Positions 36,947-50,800 of a stretch of DNA of 64,000 nucleotides are shown piece by piece. The notes below the pieces were generated by a model, which was not told the origin of the DNA, did no database searches, and saw nothing but the letters and a program-made list of their open reading frames with translations. A program made the position numbers and the translations under genes. The stretch comes from Octopus sinensis (taxonomy: Eukaryota). How positions within the stretch are numbered: the first letter of the stretch is position 1; each line of letters begins with the position of its first letter. The DNA is taken from NCBI RefSeq assembly GCF_006345805.1, contig NC_043012.1, positions 27,838,001 to 27,902,000 of the forward strand, read 5' to 3'.

Positions 36947-37699
36947 CAGGAAAAATAGTTTGATAAGTGCTAACACCCAAAACTCTTGGCCCTTGAATCA
37001 CTCTGTTGCTTCTGCAAAATATCAATATATATTTATAGTGCACCTCTTTCATAATATCATTGAGAGAAATTTTTAAGCTACTTACCATTACAGACAAACA
37101 GATAGATAGCATGAATTACATACTAAAGGCATGGAAACTTCGAAGGGAAAATTAGGGAAGTTGTGAAATGAAGTAGGGTCCCTATGATAATTACTGCCTC
37201 TACCTTGGAAATTAGCATAGCTGTTTTTTGTATCTATCTCTTAATACTGTTTATGATCTGGCAAGCATGGCAGCCATTTCTGGTGGTCAATCTCCTCTCT
37301 TCTTCCTGTTGGTGCCTTATATATAAACCCCTTTGGACATGCATTGTCCTCAAAGTTACTCTGCTTGCTCTTTCACTTCTGTACCAGAACCTCTCTTGGA
37401 AACTCTTCCTCCTCTCAGTAATCTTTCATCTACATTACTGCAACACACATGCACCAAAATGTGATTGAAGAGTACCTATCAACTAATTAATTAACCATTT
37501 TAATTTTATTAACAAAGCTTGCATAGCACTCACTTTAAGCAGATGCAGCTAGTGCAACACGTATGAATGATGAAAGATTAAATGTAAAGACAACTGTTAT
37601 GCCATGTCTCTTGACAAACGCTTGTTGAAACCTTCCTTTCAAATGCAGAATGCCATCCCGCTTCTCTGTGCTCCCTCCCTCTTCCCCTTCACATCCCTA

Positions 37700-39130
37700 G
37701 AGTTGGCACTGTCAATATAGGCACAATGAAAGTTAGGTCTGGTGAGATTGTTGAAATGCTTGAATGGAGGTGTGTCCATGTAAACTGTTTTCAAGAAGTA
37801 AGGTGGTGGGGTGCTTCAGCCAGGTTCCTCAGGGATGAAAAACATAAGTATGAAATATTCTGGGAAGGCAACAGTAATGAAGTGGGTGGTGTGGGTACAC
37901 TCCTAGCTGAGAAATGGGTGGATAAAGTCATTGAGTTAGTCAGAGTGTGTGATAGAGTACTTGGGTTTAGACTAATTTTAAAAAATAGTACAGTGACAAT
38001 TATCTCTGCCTATGTTCCCCAACTGGGCCTGCCAAATGAACAAAAAGATCGTTTTTATGATATTCTTTTGCTGACCACCTCAAAAACAAACAACTGTGAC
38101 CTCTTCATGGCTTGTGACTTCAATTGACATGTTGGGCAGCTACCATGTATCTTTTGCAGTGGCATGGTGGCCATGGAGTTGGTTCCTGGAGTTGATTCCT
38201 GTAGTAAGGTGGAAACAAGGTTTCTGGAGTTCTGTGATGTAAATAATCTTATGATCTGCAACACCAACTTTGCCAGTCACCTGATAATCTATCAATCAGG
38301 TGGCAAAGCTAGCCAAATTGACTACATTCGCACCAGAAAGTGAAGAATGTACCCCTCAATATAGGTTAGTCATTAGCGACTTTAGACTACAGGCTAGATA
38401 AATTTCAAGAAGCAGAGACTATTTTGGAAAAGAAAGTTCCGGAAGCTTAAGGATCCTTTGAATAGTCAGAGATTTAGAGACATTATAACTGAAGCATTTA
38501 ATGAGAAGGAAGAGGAGTTAGAGATATGTAATGTAGAATGTAACTAGAAGTTCATATGAGACAACTTACTGAGCTACAGACCAAATTTGTGGCTGATGCA
38601 AAGTCCCAACCAGACCTGGGGTGACATGGTGGTGGAACAGTGTAGTTGGCAAGACTATTAGAGCAAGAACTATATCAGTTAGTTAGAAGGGAAGCTGGGA
38701 GGCAGGTATACTTAACTTGGGGAGAAGCAAAAAGGAAGAAGTTTGCCAATGTTCTGAGGTGTGAGGACAAGCAGGTTGATGTGTTTCAGTTTGCAAGAGT
38801 GTGTGTCAGAGAAAACTGTGATGTTGTGTGTTTGCATGGATGATGGTTTTCTTGCAGTTGGTGACTCTGCAAAGAAAGAGGCTTGGAAGTGCCACTACGA
38901 AAGGCAGATAAATGTAGACCTAACAGAGGGACCAGCTATATAAATAGACAGTAACATGGTAGATGAAGCTATGAAGAATATGAAGACAGAGAAAGCCCCT
39001 GGCCTATCAAGAATCACCACATCTGGTGGAGTGGGATATGGTCTAGTTATTGTATAGTTAATCAGGCTTGAAAGGAATGAAGCTAGTATGCTCCATTGGA
39101 TGTGCAATGTCAGTGTGCATGTATCACTGA
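37700..39130 (+). mobile_element. RTE LINE relic: AP endonuclease and linker, internally deleted
   Basis: GEIVEMLEWRCVHVNCFQEVRW...GVGTLLAEKWVDKVIELVRVCDRV...ISAYVPQLG...ACDFN. Confidence 0.85.
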
Positions 39131-42100
39131 CTGTGAGTGTCTCAAAAGAAAAACTGGGTATAATGATGATGATGATGGTGATGTGAAATGTGAAACAATG
39201 AAGGAAGTCACTTATTAGAACATGAGGGTGAGAAAGGGAGAAGAACAGAGAGAAGAGAAGAGAGAAACTTCAGTTAACTGAAAACTGAGAGATCAGTATA
39301 CCTGGTTTGGCTGCCACAAAAAAAAAATGAAGTACATGTTTCATAATATCCTGATGCAAAAGAATATGAGAATTGACAGAAGAACCATTTACTTTACTAC
39401 AATTAAGAAAGATCAATAAATGCACAGACAAATACAAGCATAACTGAAATTGGGAGGCACCCATTTTATAATACATATATTACAAGTGTAATATACACAT
39501 ACAAAGTGCTCCATAATTGCCCTGAATGTATCTTTTCTGTCTCATGATATAAATTACAATGCATATTAAAGTCAACTCTGATCATACCCCAAACACCATC
39601 ATTAATTTCTTTTCTAGAACAAAGAGCTGCATTGTTTTCCAAGAACATCTTTGGTGAATCTGATAAAGATGAAAAAAAAAAAAAATTATGGTAGTTTTTA
39701 AAAAAAAATTTTGTTGAAGAATAATTATGGACTTGTATGGCTATAAATGTGTTTTAATATTAATAAAATATAAAATTTCTATTCAAATCGGTTTTTTAGT
39801 ATGAGAATTTCTAACAATATAACGTTTAATATGTAATTATTATCGACTATTAAAAAAATCATAACATGAAAAGATATCAAATTTAGAAAAGTAACAGTTT
39901 AATATCAATCCTATGTTTGGTTGGCATCAATACTGAAATATTCAACCTGAAGTCTGTTGTTGATGATGATGATGATCATGACAACATAATTAACTTAAAC
40001 GATACTTTATTTCGTTTTGGGATTTGGTTTGCAAGATTCTTTCTATGAGTTCGTGTGTTGAAGCATATTCTATTGTGTCTGGGGAGAGTTATTTTCTCTG
40101 GTAAAGTTTCTACTTTTTTTACCAGTGAGTGTGCTATATTATAAGACACAAAGAGAAAATGACTCTCCCCAGACACAATAGATTAAATGATACTGATTTC
40201 CTGAAATTAATTCAAGCCAGTACTTGGTATTAGACGATTTTAAATACTTCTTGATTTTTGGAATAGAGTTGATAAAAAGAATGTATTGTCATTGTCATAG
40301 ATATTTTTCACATTCACACGCATAGCTGTGTGGTAAGTTTGCTTCCCAAACACATGATTTCAGGTAGTAAATCCTTTTCAGTAGATTTGTTAGATGGAAA
40401 CTTAAAGAAGCTCATTGTGTGTGTGTGTGTGAGACTCTCCTTAATTTGGCATTGTGAAATAGTTGTAAACAAGTGTTACTGTTATAAAAATAGTCCCTGT
40501 CTACTCAAGGGGAAAAATTACTTACTTGGAAACATACAAGGGTCAGCAGCAGGAAGGGCATCCAGCCATAGAAAATCTACCTCAACAAATTCTTTCCAAC
40601 CAATGCTATCATAGAAAAGTGGACATTGGAATGACTTCTTCTGCTGGCTTAGATTAAATGACAGTAATATAAGATCATTATTAACTCTTAAAGTCCAGTA
40701 ATGTTATCTGTATATAAATTTCCCAATTTTGTTAGAAACTAGAAATTTTGATGAAATGCAGTTAGTTCAGCATAAAAATCCTCAAAATATAACCATTCCA
40801 TGAATCTGGAGGAAATCTGCCAATACAGCATGATGATTGTTTATGTACATTATGAATGTAGTTTTGATTCTTTTATTTTTACCTGTTGTCATTTCATTTT
40901 ACCTGCCAAGATATGCTGAATAGAGTTAAGGTGATTACATAAAAATTATTTTCACTTATACTCAGAAGTTATTATTTCTTGGACAAAAAATTCCTGTATT
41001 CCTAAATTTGTGATCCACTTATTCTGTGTGACTTGGAAACTGTATAACTCCCATTATTTACTTTTATTACAATAACTATGCTCTCCTCATAAACCAACCA
41101 GTATGTAGGGACTTTACATTTGAAATATATTAGCAAATTAATGTTTTTATAAAATCCTTACCAGTTTCTAACAAAAGCAATATGAACTTCATGCAAACTC
41201 TATTCCTGTTCACTGAAATATCACACTAATTATCTTATCCAAGTTCAAGCTCTCTTTATCTTATAAAATCACTAATAAATAAAAACAAATGTTTAATCAA
41301 CAATATCACCAAAATTCTAACTCATCACTTGAGGTATTAATCACTATTATGCAACAAAACCTTGTAAATTAAGTCAATCCAATGAGTAATCCAAACTTAG
41401 CTAATATGATAAATTACACTGATAATAATTTCACCCAAATTTCATTAATCAACTTTTGGAAGCAATTTTATATTCATTTTCTCGAGATAATATGTTTTAA
41501 AGAGCCCTTATATGATTTGCAAAAAATATCATTCATGATAGAATAATACTCAATTAAAATGATATTACTTTGTTTTTCATGTTTTTTCAGAATAGCATAG
41601 GTTAGATGAATATATTATTGATATACTGTTTTACAGCCAGATGTGCCTTCCTATCACTAAACCTTATCTGTTTTCCAAGTTAGGAATCTCTCAATCCTCA
41701 TATCTTCATATGTACTTTTATCCCAGGTGCAAAAAAACAATTCACACATGAATAGAGAAATAACCTTTCTAATGAAAGAAATACCTTTATTTTTTGCTTC
41801 AAAATACTTGAAACTGCCCATCATAAATGCGTGAAGTGTTTCATGAAGATGTTTTACCTAAAATTTAAAAGATAAAAAATGTTCATATTATCATTTCATT
41901 CCTTGCAACACTACTATACGCACATTCTTATTTAACCACAAGCATAAAGAAGAAGCATATCTCAACCACGTGGTTTCAAGTGCAGTTCCACTGTGTGGTA
42001 CCTTGAGCAAATGTCTTTTATTCTAGTCCTAGTCCAGGGCAGACTAAAGCCTTGTAAATGGATGTGGTAGATGGAAATTGAGAAAGAGAGAGAGAGATAG

Positions 42101-44179
42101 AGAAAGAGAGAGAGAGAGAGAAAGTGTATGTGTGTGCGTGCACGTGTGTGTGTATGTGTGTGCGTGCTTGTGTCTCTTTGTCTTGACATTGTGCAATAGT
42201 TGTAAATGCACATCACCATGTACATACCAGCAGTGTCCTTTGGTTTGAAGTTTCAGTGAAAACATGTCTCAGCATGGGAAATACTACTTTGCCTAGAAAC
42301 AGGTGAGGGTTGGACGAACAGAGCACACCTGGCCATAGAAAATCTGCTGCAACAAATTCAGTCTAACCCATGCAAGTATGGGAAAGTGGGGGGAATATTG
42401 TGTGTATACATGTAATTTGATTTATAAATCTCTTTTTGCAAATTTACCTTGTTTTTATTTGTTATTTATCTGTAAGGTGTATGAAAAATTTAGATTAATT
42501 TGTATTGTTATGGTATGGATATTTCATTTTCTAGTTTCCTTCAAATATAAATTCCAATGTTTCATTGTTTTACCTTTATGGCACACTTGTCTTTTGTGCA
42601 TCAAGTTCAACTGATAGATAATGCAAAAATTTGAACAAATTTTCTATATTGAAATTTTGCTGTATACCCAATTGAAATATTGAAATAAAATTTAAATAAC
42701 TATATTTTGTTGAATTTACCTGTATTTACCTGAAATTAGATTCATAATGAGGCAAAAATTATGCAATAGATTTGGTTAAGAATCTTCTGTAAAATTGGGT
42801 TTCAGAATTTACATTTATATGTTGATAAATAGTTAGAAATGTAGTTCAAAAAGGGTCATGGCAAGACAAGATTTCACCAGCTTTTGTTCCTTTTGGGCCT
42901 TCCATTTGAGATTTATTTTCACATAAATTCTAAAAAGTCCTGCCTAGTATCTCTAGAGCTCTCTTGCCATTTGGCATTTCTTATGTATTTGTTAGAATCC
43001 TGAACTCTTGGCATTATTGCAAACAGGTGCATCCTTTGAATCCAACTCCAAAAGGAACTTGAAAGCAGAATATGCTGTACAATCCCCAGGAAGAAGTGTG
43101 GTTGCAATGCCTGAAGAAAAACTTTATATTGATAGACTTTGTCAAACAATAAAACTGATAAAGAATGTCTTCTCAGATACACCATGAATACTGAAGTAGC
43201 AAATTCCAGCTTCTTCTTGTCAAACCCTGTTAAAAATAACAGAAGAAACTGCCCTTTTGCATTTTGCATTTGATCTGTATATCCTGTTTTCATGCATCTT
43301 CAGCAAGGTCCTCATGATACTTAAGCCAAAGCTGCATTTGTAGTGTTTTAAGAATATGATGACAACAACATTAAGACACTTATATAAATATAGTGAAAAG
43401 AACATGAACACATATATTTTGAAATACAAATTGCATCCCACTGAGCTCTTCAGAAATCCAAACTCTGGAATTTGGCTAATTTTTGAAAAAAATTACTTGA
43501 ATCTCACACTTCATAGAAAAGTTGTAGAAAGAAGCATTCATGCTGACTTCTTGTCATCAAATCATCATGTAACATGACCAGACATGTTTTCATGGAAGAT
43601 TGGAAATGAAGCACACTGCTTGCATGACGTTCACATTTGTTTACGACTATCGCAAAAGGCAACGAGACAGTAGCACACACACACACACATCAGTCTTCTT
43701 TCAGTTTTTATCTACCAAATCCACTCACAAAGTTTTGTTCAGCTCTAGAAGACATTTGTCCAAGGTACTATATAGACCTGAGACCATGTGGTTAGGGAGC
43801 AAACTTCACCCTACATAGCCACACATATGCTTAGTACCTGGGGTACATAGCAAACTCACTTTGTCATGATTAATGTCAAGTTAACTTTTAACTGATATCT
43901 TGCTTTCTGTAGCTCTATTGCTTGATGTTGCTTGTAAAACCTGAAGGTATAGCAATGTTTTTGCAGTATTATGTCCCTTACACCTTGTGCTTGCTGTGTT
44001 GTGGTTGCATAAGTGAAGTAATCCCACTGGCACTAGTATGGTGCTGAATACTGTGATATCTTCATAAATGTGAAGGTCAATATCAAATCAGGTCAAAGTT
44101 GACAAGAAGGGTACCTGACTATAAAATACTACCTCAATAAGTCCTATGCAACCTATGCCAGCATCGAAATAGTAGATGC

Positions 44180-45290
44180 AAAAATGATGATGATGATGAT
44201 GATTGTTTAACATCCGCTTTCCATGCTAGCATGGATTGGACGATTTGACTGAGGACTGGCAAACCAGATGGCTGCACAAGGCTCCAATCTGATCTGGCAG
44301 AGTTTCTACAGCTGGATGCCCTTCCTAACGCCAACCACTCTGAGAGTGTAGTGGGTGTTTTTACGTGCCACCAGCATGAGGGCCAGTTTGGTGGTACTGG
44401 CAATGGCCACGCTCAAATGGTGCTTTTTATGTGCCACCTGCACAGAAGTCAGTCCAGTGGCACTGGCAACGACCTCGCTCAAATATTTTTTCACGTGCCA
44501 CCAGCACAAGTGCTAGTAAGGCGTTGCAGGCAACGATCACGCTTGAATGGTGTTTTTAATGTGCCATCGGCACTAGAAATGATCTCACTCGTATGGTGCT
44601 TTTTTGCACCCTGCTAGCACAGACGCCAGTCATCGATTTTGATTTCACTTGCCTCAACAGGTTTTCGCAAGCAGAGTTTTAGTGTCCCCTGGCATAGGCC
44701 ACAAGATTATGGCCTCATTTGGCTTGCCGGGTCTTCTCGAGCACAGCATATTTCCAAAAGTCTCGGTCACTAATCATTTCCTTGGTGAAGCCTAAAGTTC
44801 AAAGGTCGTGCTTCACCACTTCATCCCAGGTCTTCCTGGGTCTAGCTCTTCCACAGGTTCCCTCAACTGCTAGGATGTAGCACTTTTTCACACAGTTATC
44901 CACATCCATTCTCGCCACATGCCCATACCAGCGCAGTCATCTCTCTTGCACACCACATCTGATGCTTCTTAGGTCCAACCTTTCTCTCAGGGCACTAAGA
45001 CTCTGTCGAGTATGCACACTGACATTACATATCGATTGGAGCATGCTGGCTTCATTCCTTGTGAGCTTATGCATGTCCTCAGCAGTCACGGCCCATGTTT
45101 CACTACCATGTAGCATGGCTGTTCATACACATGCGTCGTACAGTCTACCTTTGACTGTGAGTGAGAGGTTCTTTGTCACCAGCAGAGGTAAGAGCTCTCT
45201 GAACTTAGCCCAGGCTATTCTTATTCTAGCAGCTACACTTTCAGTGCACCCTCCCCCGCTAATGACTTGGTCACATAGGTAACGGAAGCT
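44180..45290 (-). mobile_element. 5'-truncated RTE LINE: ORF C-terminus plus 3' UTR with degenerate ~60-bp units
   Basis: [37 protein letters not shown]...HGSETW...GRARPRKTWDEVV...VLEKTRQAK*, then the UTR seen at 1-240, 4716 and 62520. Confidence 0.88.
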
Positions 45291-45292
45291 GA

Positions 45293-45363
<71 letters not shown>

Positions 45364-45383
45364 CATATAATATATATATATAC

Positions 45384-45428
<45 letters not shown>

Positions 45429-45429
45429 C

Positions 45430-45461
<32 letters not shown>

Positions 45462-46195
45462 CATGGTGTTATAAAGTTAATCCAAACAAGAAAACACAGA
45501 AAAAAACACAATACATATATATATATACATATATATATACATATATATATATACATATATATATATATACATATATATATACACATATATATACACATAT
45601 TATATACATATATATATACATATATTATACATATATATATATATATAATATATACATATATATATATCACATATATATATATACACATATATATATATAC
45701 ACATATATATATATACATATATATATATACATATATATATACACACATATATATATACACATATATATATACATATATTATATATACATATATATACACT
45801 ATATATATACACATATATATATATATACACATATATATATATACACATATATATATACACATATATTATATACATATATATATATAATATATATACATAT
45901 ATATATAATATTACATATATACATATATATATAATATATACATATATACATTATATATATACATATATACATATATATATACATATATACATTATATATA
46001 TACATATATATTATACATATAACATATATATATATATACATATACATATATACATACATATATACATATATATAATACATATACATATATACATATATAT
46101 ATATACATATATATATATACAATATACAATATATATATATACATATAATATATACATATATATATACATATATATATATACATATACATATATAC

Positions 46196-46228
<33 letters not shown>

Positions 46229-46434
46229 CATATATATATACATATATAATATATACATATATATATATACATATATATACATATATATATATACATATAT
46301 ATATATACATATATATACATATATATATATACATGTATATACATATATATATATACATATATATATATACATATATATATATACATATATATATATACAT
46401 ATATATATATACATATATATATATACTATATATA
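45293..46434. repeat. Compound (TA)n/(TATACA)n microsatellite, ~1.1 kb
   Basis: Direct inspection; short unique island at about 45465-45510. Confidence 0.95.
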
Positions 46435-46943
46435 ATCTCGAGCACAGCTAAGTTTGAATGCTTATTTTATTTTTATTTATTTTCACTTCACTTCACTTCT
46501 CGACCAATCATACATGTTTTCCTATCTGTTGTTATTTATCTATCTAACTATTGTATCTAATTTCTCCTCTATTAACTCTGCCCGACCAAGTCTCGCTCTA
46601 TCATCCTTTTTCAACCCTCGCGTATTTGTCTATCGATCTCCGCCATCTTTGAAGTCTGTTCCCTTAATACACTTCCGCCTTGTCCAAAAATTCCTTTCCG
46701 GTCAATTTCTTTACTTAAGGCAACAACATGTGCTCTCTCATTCATTCACCTAGCGGCTATAATCTCGAGCACAGCTAAGTTTGAATGTTTATTTTATTTT
46801 AATTTATTTTCACTTCACTTCACTTCTCGACCAATCATACATGTTTTCCTATCTATTGTTATTTATCTATCTAACTATTGTATCTAATTTCTCCTCTATT
46901 AACTCTGCCCGACCAAGTCTCGCTCTATCATCCTTTTTCAACC
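46431..46943. promoter_or_regulatory. Duplicated 186-bp unit (46431-46616, 46758-46943) with promoter-like motifs
   Basis: Copies differ at about 3 positions; GACCAATCA (CCAAT) in each; spacer holds CCGCCATCTT (YY1-like, 46640-49) and CACTTCCG (ETS-like, 46670-77). Function inferred only. Confidence 0.4.
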
Positions 46944-47189
46944 TTTGCGCGTATTCGCGGTGCACCCACCCTCACCACCAATACCGGATATCTCTATATT
47001 TTTGCTCCATCTATACCGGATGTTGTTTCTCCCACCACCATTAAAGGTGTCTACTCTTCGAACCCCCCTCCTCAATACGCTATTTCACCATGGTACTACT
47101 GTTTATATATGTGCATGTGCACACGTGTGTGTATGTGTATGCGTGTGTGTGTGTGTACAAATAGCTTCGCTTAGAATTCTCCCCCTCTC

Positions 47190-47760
47190 TCTCTCTCTGT
47201 CTGTCTCTTCAGTTTCTCTCACTCACGCTTCTCTCCTTGTCTCTTCATAGCTCTCATTCTATCTTACTCCCCCCTCTTCAAATATATAAATTCTCTCTAT
47301 ATTTCTTCCTTCTCTCCCTATCTCTTCAGTTTCTCTCCCGCTTCTCTTTGTCTCTCCATTACTCTCTTCTGTCTCTCTTCAGTTTCTCTCCCGCTTCTCC
47401 TGTCTCTCCATTTCTCTCTTCTAACTTACTCTCCTCTCTCGGATACTATAAGGACATAGACGCTTTCTCTCTCTTCCTTCAGCTCTCGGTCTCTCCTCTT
47501 CCTCTTCTCTCTTACTCTCGGCTCCCTTTCTCCTTAGTACATAGACGCTCCCTTTCTCTTCTAACTTACTCTCCTCTCTCGGATACATATAAGGACATAG
47601 ACGCTTTCTCTCTCTCTCCTTCAGCTCTCAGTCTCTCCTTTCCTCTTCTCTCTCTTCCTTCAGCTCTCAGTCTCTCCTCTTCTCCTCTTCTCTCTTACTC
47701 TCAGCTCCCAATTTCTCCTTAAGTACATAGACGCTCCCTTTCTCTACTTTCTCCCTACCC
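47190..47760. repeat. CT-rich region with a ~140-bp tandem duplication
   Basis: CTAACTTACTCTCCTCTCTCGGATAC..AAGGACATAGACGC recurs at 47421 and 47561. Confidence 0.75.
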
Positions 47761-47895
47761 CCTATGCACTATTAGATTAATATAAATTAATATAATATAT
47801 ATTATAATTCCTTCCTCCCTTCCTCACAATCACAATCTCTTCCTCTCTCCTCCCTCCCCTTTTTCCCTCACAGCTTCTCTCTCTCTCCCCGCTAC

Positions 47896-50800
47896 AACGG
47901 AATGGACAACATGCAAAAATTAGAGGTGAATGCAAACACTGGCGTCAACAAAAGCCAGCGTAACTGGACGAAAGTAGAGCTGGAAGTTTTCATCAGGGAT
48001 GGACCTCGGCCGACAGATCGCAACCAACTAAAAACATAGCGGCGACCCTGAAAAGCCATGGCTTTATGAGGACGTTGGCGCAAGTAGAGAGGAAGAAAAG
48101 AGAAGTCGAAAGGGCCTACACTCTCATTGCACCACACATGGCTTTGCTAAGCCAAGTCCTCAAGGTGGACAAAGACAAGAGAGAGAGATGGAAACAGGAA
48201 CCACCAACCACAGAGTGTCAAAAAATGACACGCCCACTGCCACAGTCGAAGAAGGCAAGCAGGGCAAACAAGATAGGCGGCGATGGGGAAACAGAAAATA
48301 ACCACCCGGATGAAAAGACCTATGCAGAAAGGAACCAGTGGACAACCGTCCAACGGAGGAAGAAAAAACAGAGAGGAACTGGGGACAAGAAAACCCAGAT
48401 AACATGCAAATTCTTCCGGAATGGAACCTGCTGGCATGGAGAAACAGGGGAAGGATGCAGGTTCGCTCATCCCAGGCCCTATGGAAATTGCATCAAACCC
48501 ACTCGACCAAAATGCCTTAACCAAAACCAGAACAAATACAAGCTGCCCCAGAAATATGCAGACATAGTGCGTAATGCCCCAACAAGGAGAAGGCGCACAT
48601 TTGCAGAGGAAATGCAGACGGCGGCAGCAGAACAAAGAAATTTTGTGGAAATGGCAGAGAAAATTGTGGGACAACTGGCCTGGATACATCGTCTTCAGAG
48701 CCAGGGGCACTCACAACAGCACTCAAGACCACCACAATCAAGGGACCCAGGGTGGCCACCGCTGACGCCGGCCCAGGTGCCACACCGTCAGCCTTTATTG
48801 ACACCCCGGGTGTCTCACCAGTGCTTCTGCTGAATGTCAGAGGTCTGGTGAAACCCACTAATATGGGTAAAATTCCTTACCTTAGGGACTTGAGCACAAG
48901 CAACCATGCAATATGCATAGCGCTGACTGAAACGCACCTGTCAAGCAGTATAACAGATGCAGAAATACACATACCGAAGTATACTGTTTTTCGGTCGGAC
49001 AGGAAGGAAAGAACTCATGGTGGGGTTGCCCTGTACGTCCGTCAAGATGTCACACCCATAGTACTACTATTGACACACTCAAACTCAGTCTGTGACACAC
49101 TGATAGTACACATGAAACAACCGAAAATAGTAATATGTGTCACATAGCGGCCACCAGACACCCCTAGTCATGAAGGAGTGTTTGAAGATAGCCTCAGAAG
49201 AATAGAAGAAGTCCTGGACAAACTGGACCAGGGGTACCACCATTGCTGACGGGGATTTTAATTACCAACTCCGAAAGTCAATGCGGCCAGATGGCCATCT
49301 CCTCCCTGAATGACATCACTTGAACAGAGACAGACAGAGTCCTTGTTGGCTCTCACACGCAAGTTTTTCATGGAGCAAGCAGTGCTTTGGCCAACAAGAG
49401 GTGAGAATGTCTTGGACCTCTGTTTCACAAGCAACCCGATGCTCATCCACAACATAATGGTAACACCAACAATTCTCTCAGATCACAACTTAGTAGATGT
49501 AATGATATATGGTATGAGAGAGTTAGTTGAGACGCAGCCATTAGAAAATACCACAGGCCTATCCAGTCTAAACTTCCATAAGGCAAACTGGAAGAAGATC
49601 AACGAAGAGATCCGAAAACATGACTGGAGTGACTTCATCACCACACAAGACACCAACACACATTTCCAACATTTCATGACAACAATACAGAACATATGCC
49701 ATAAGTTTGTCCCGGAGAAAAAAGCCAGCGGGCATAGGAACGTTATTCCCAGAGACAGGAAAATACTTATGAGGCGAAGAGCTAAGCTCTCGAAGCAACT
49801 GAATGCACGGCAGAGAAACAATGAGGGACTCCACCTGAAACTTTTTGAAAGGGAAACTGCACTCAAACTTTCCTATGAGAAGGAGAGGACAGAGAAAGAA
49901 GCCAGGGCCATAGAGAATATTAAAACAAACCCTAAAGCCTTTTTTAAATTTGCGAAAGAAACCACCTCGGTACACTGCAAGATTGGCCCACTCTTTGATA
50001 AAAAGGGCTCTCTAACTGAGGACCCCCAAGGGATAAGTGAAATACTAAAGGAACAGTATAAAAGTGTGTTCACATCCCCTCTGGGGCACATGCAAATCAC
50101 AAACCCAGAAGTTTTCTTTGATGCCACCACACTCCAAAAACCAAACAACCATCGACCACATAGACATAACAGAGAGGGATGTAATATCTGCCATAGAAGA
50201 AATGAGAATAAACTCAGCTGCTGGACCAGATTGATTCCCAGCAGTCCTCCTAAAAACATGCAGGCATGCCCTAGCGGGACCACTGAAGAAGCTCTTCAGT
50301 GGTTCCTTGGCTAACGGTAAACTGCCCAGGGCGCTAAAAGAAGGCACCATATGCCCTATCCACAAGGAGGGAGTAGAGCAGAGGCCAAAAACTACGGCCA
50401 GTCTCCCTGACGTCAGACATAAGTAAGGTCATGGAACGAATCATCAGAAAAAAACTGATCACGTTCCTCGAAGAAACTAACCGTCTCACTGACACACAGC
50501 ATGGCTTTCGCCCAGGAAGAAGCTGCCTTACGCAGCTGTTACAACACTACGATTGGGTACTGAAACAACTACTGGATCGCTCACAGGTGGATGTGGTATA
50601 TCTCGATTTTGCGAAGGCCTTTGACAAAGTCGACCACGGAGTGATATGTCACAAATTACTCAGACTCGGCATAACAGGAAAAGTAGGTGAGTGGATACAT
50701 GACTTCCTGAAGGACAGAAGCCAGATGGTTGCAGCCAATGGAGCCCTCTCGGGAAAGACACCAATAGCAAGTGGGGTGCCACAGGGCACAGTCTTGGGAC

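Noticed and set aside
42919-43293. 124-aa ORF as an upstream FN3 exon
   Set aside because: Has an acceptor and a weak YQYKVFLQA resemblance, but no convincing donor or in-frame partner.
45233-46560. Long I/Y/C/M-rich ORFs (also 51793-52533 and 55411-56587)
   Set aside because: Translations of TA microsatellites, which lack stop codons in most frames.
48147-50365. Antisense ORFs over the CR1 element (and 53156-55353)
   Set aside because: Shadow frames of LINE coding sequence with no independent motifs.
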